A stretch of 63,260 nt of DNA, the filler included, from Octopus bimaculoides (lineage: Eukaryota), in the NCBI RefSeq assembly GCF_001194135.2. It is 11 parts of 11 records of this genome, joined end to end, with 100 filler letters (N's around TTAATTAATTAA, not from the genome) between each part and the next. Parts side by side here need not be neighbours in the genome. Positions count along the whole stretch, not along the records: positions 61,443 to 63,260 come from NC_068984.1; 10 more parts are not named here. One strand, 5' to 3'. Of this stretch, positions 63,075 through 63,260 are shown one piece after another. The stretch's first letter is position 1. Each line of letters begins with the position of its first letter. Both the position numbers and the translations under genes were made by a program. The notes beneath the pieces were generated by a model that was given only the letters and a program-made list of their open reading frames with translations, made no database searches and had not been told where the DNA came from.

Positions 63075-63260
63075 CTGAAAATGCAAGGAGGAAATATGGA
63101 GGTAGGAATGTTGGGAGTTGTTTTTTTTTTTAAACAAGTTATGAATTAAATCAAAATAAATGAGAAAAGATAAGGGGTAGCTGCGTTGTATGCATATACA
63201 TACATGAGGAGGAGAAGGAGGAGGAGGAGGATATGAAGGAGGAGGAGAAAGAGGAGAAGG

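Overview
AT-rich, microsatellite-saturated eukaryotic DNA. The repeat families and overall style suggest an octopus (coleoid cephalopod) draft genome; this is an inference. Ten identical 100-bp spacers (44N-TTAATTAATTAA-44N) split the window into 11 pieces, so adjacency across them is uncertain, and there are many ordinary N gaps. No complete host gene is visible. Recognisable coding sequence is transposon-derived: three Penelope-like element (PLE) fragments (one a 335-codon uninterrupted RT-to-GIY-YIG ORF), a decayed R4/Dong-type LINE, an RTE-type LINE 3' end, a Tc1 DD34E fragment and a near full-length mariner relic. There are also several MITEs, a Helentron/DINE-like element and more than 25 copies of tRNA-derived SINEs. 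Host-gene candidates are a CpG-rich promoter with NRF1- and YY1-like motifs plus a tiny first exon (about 56400-56581, minus), and a phase-compatible two-exon 3' end (62696-63074, minus). The most interesting signals are hammerhead-ribozyme-like folds. These include a minimal hammerhead with a U3-A8 core covariation (8107-8148), a hammerhead inside a 507-bp tandem unit that resembles a retrozyme or PLE pseudo-LTR (40756-41545), and a PLE + tRNA-head + hammerhead composite (42620-43436). Also notable are SINE multimers that reuse one head-to-tail junction at two loci. All folds and alignments were done by eye. Most ORFs in the supplied track are microsatellite or N-gap artefacts.
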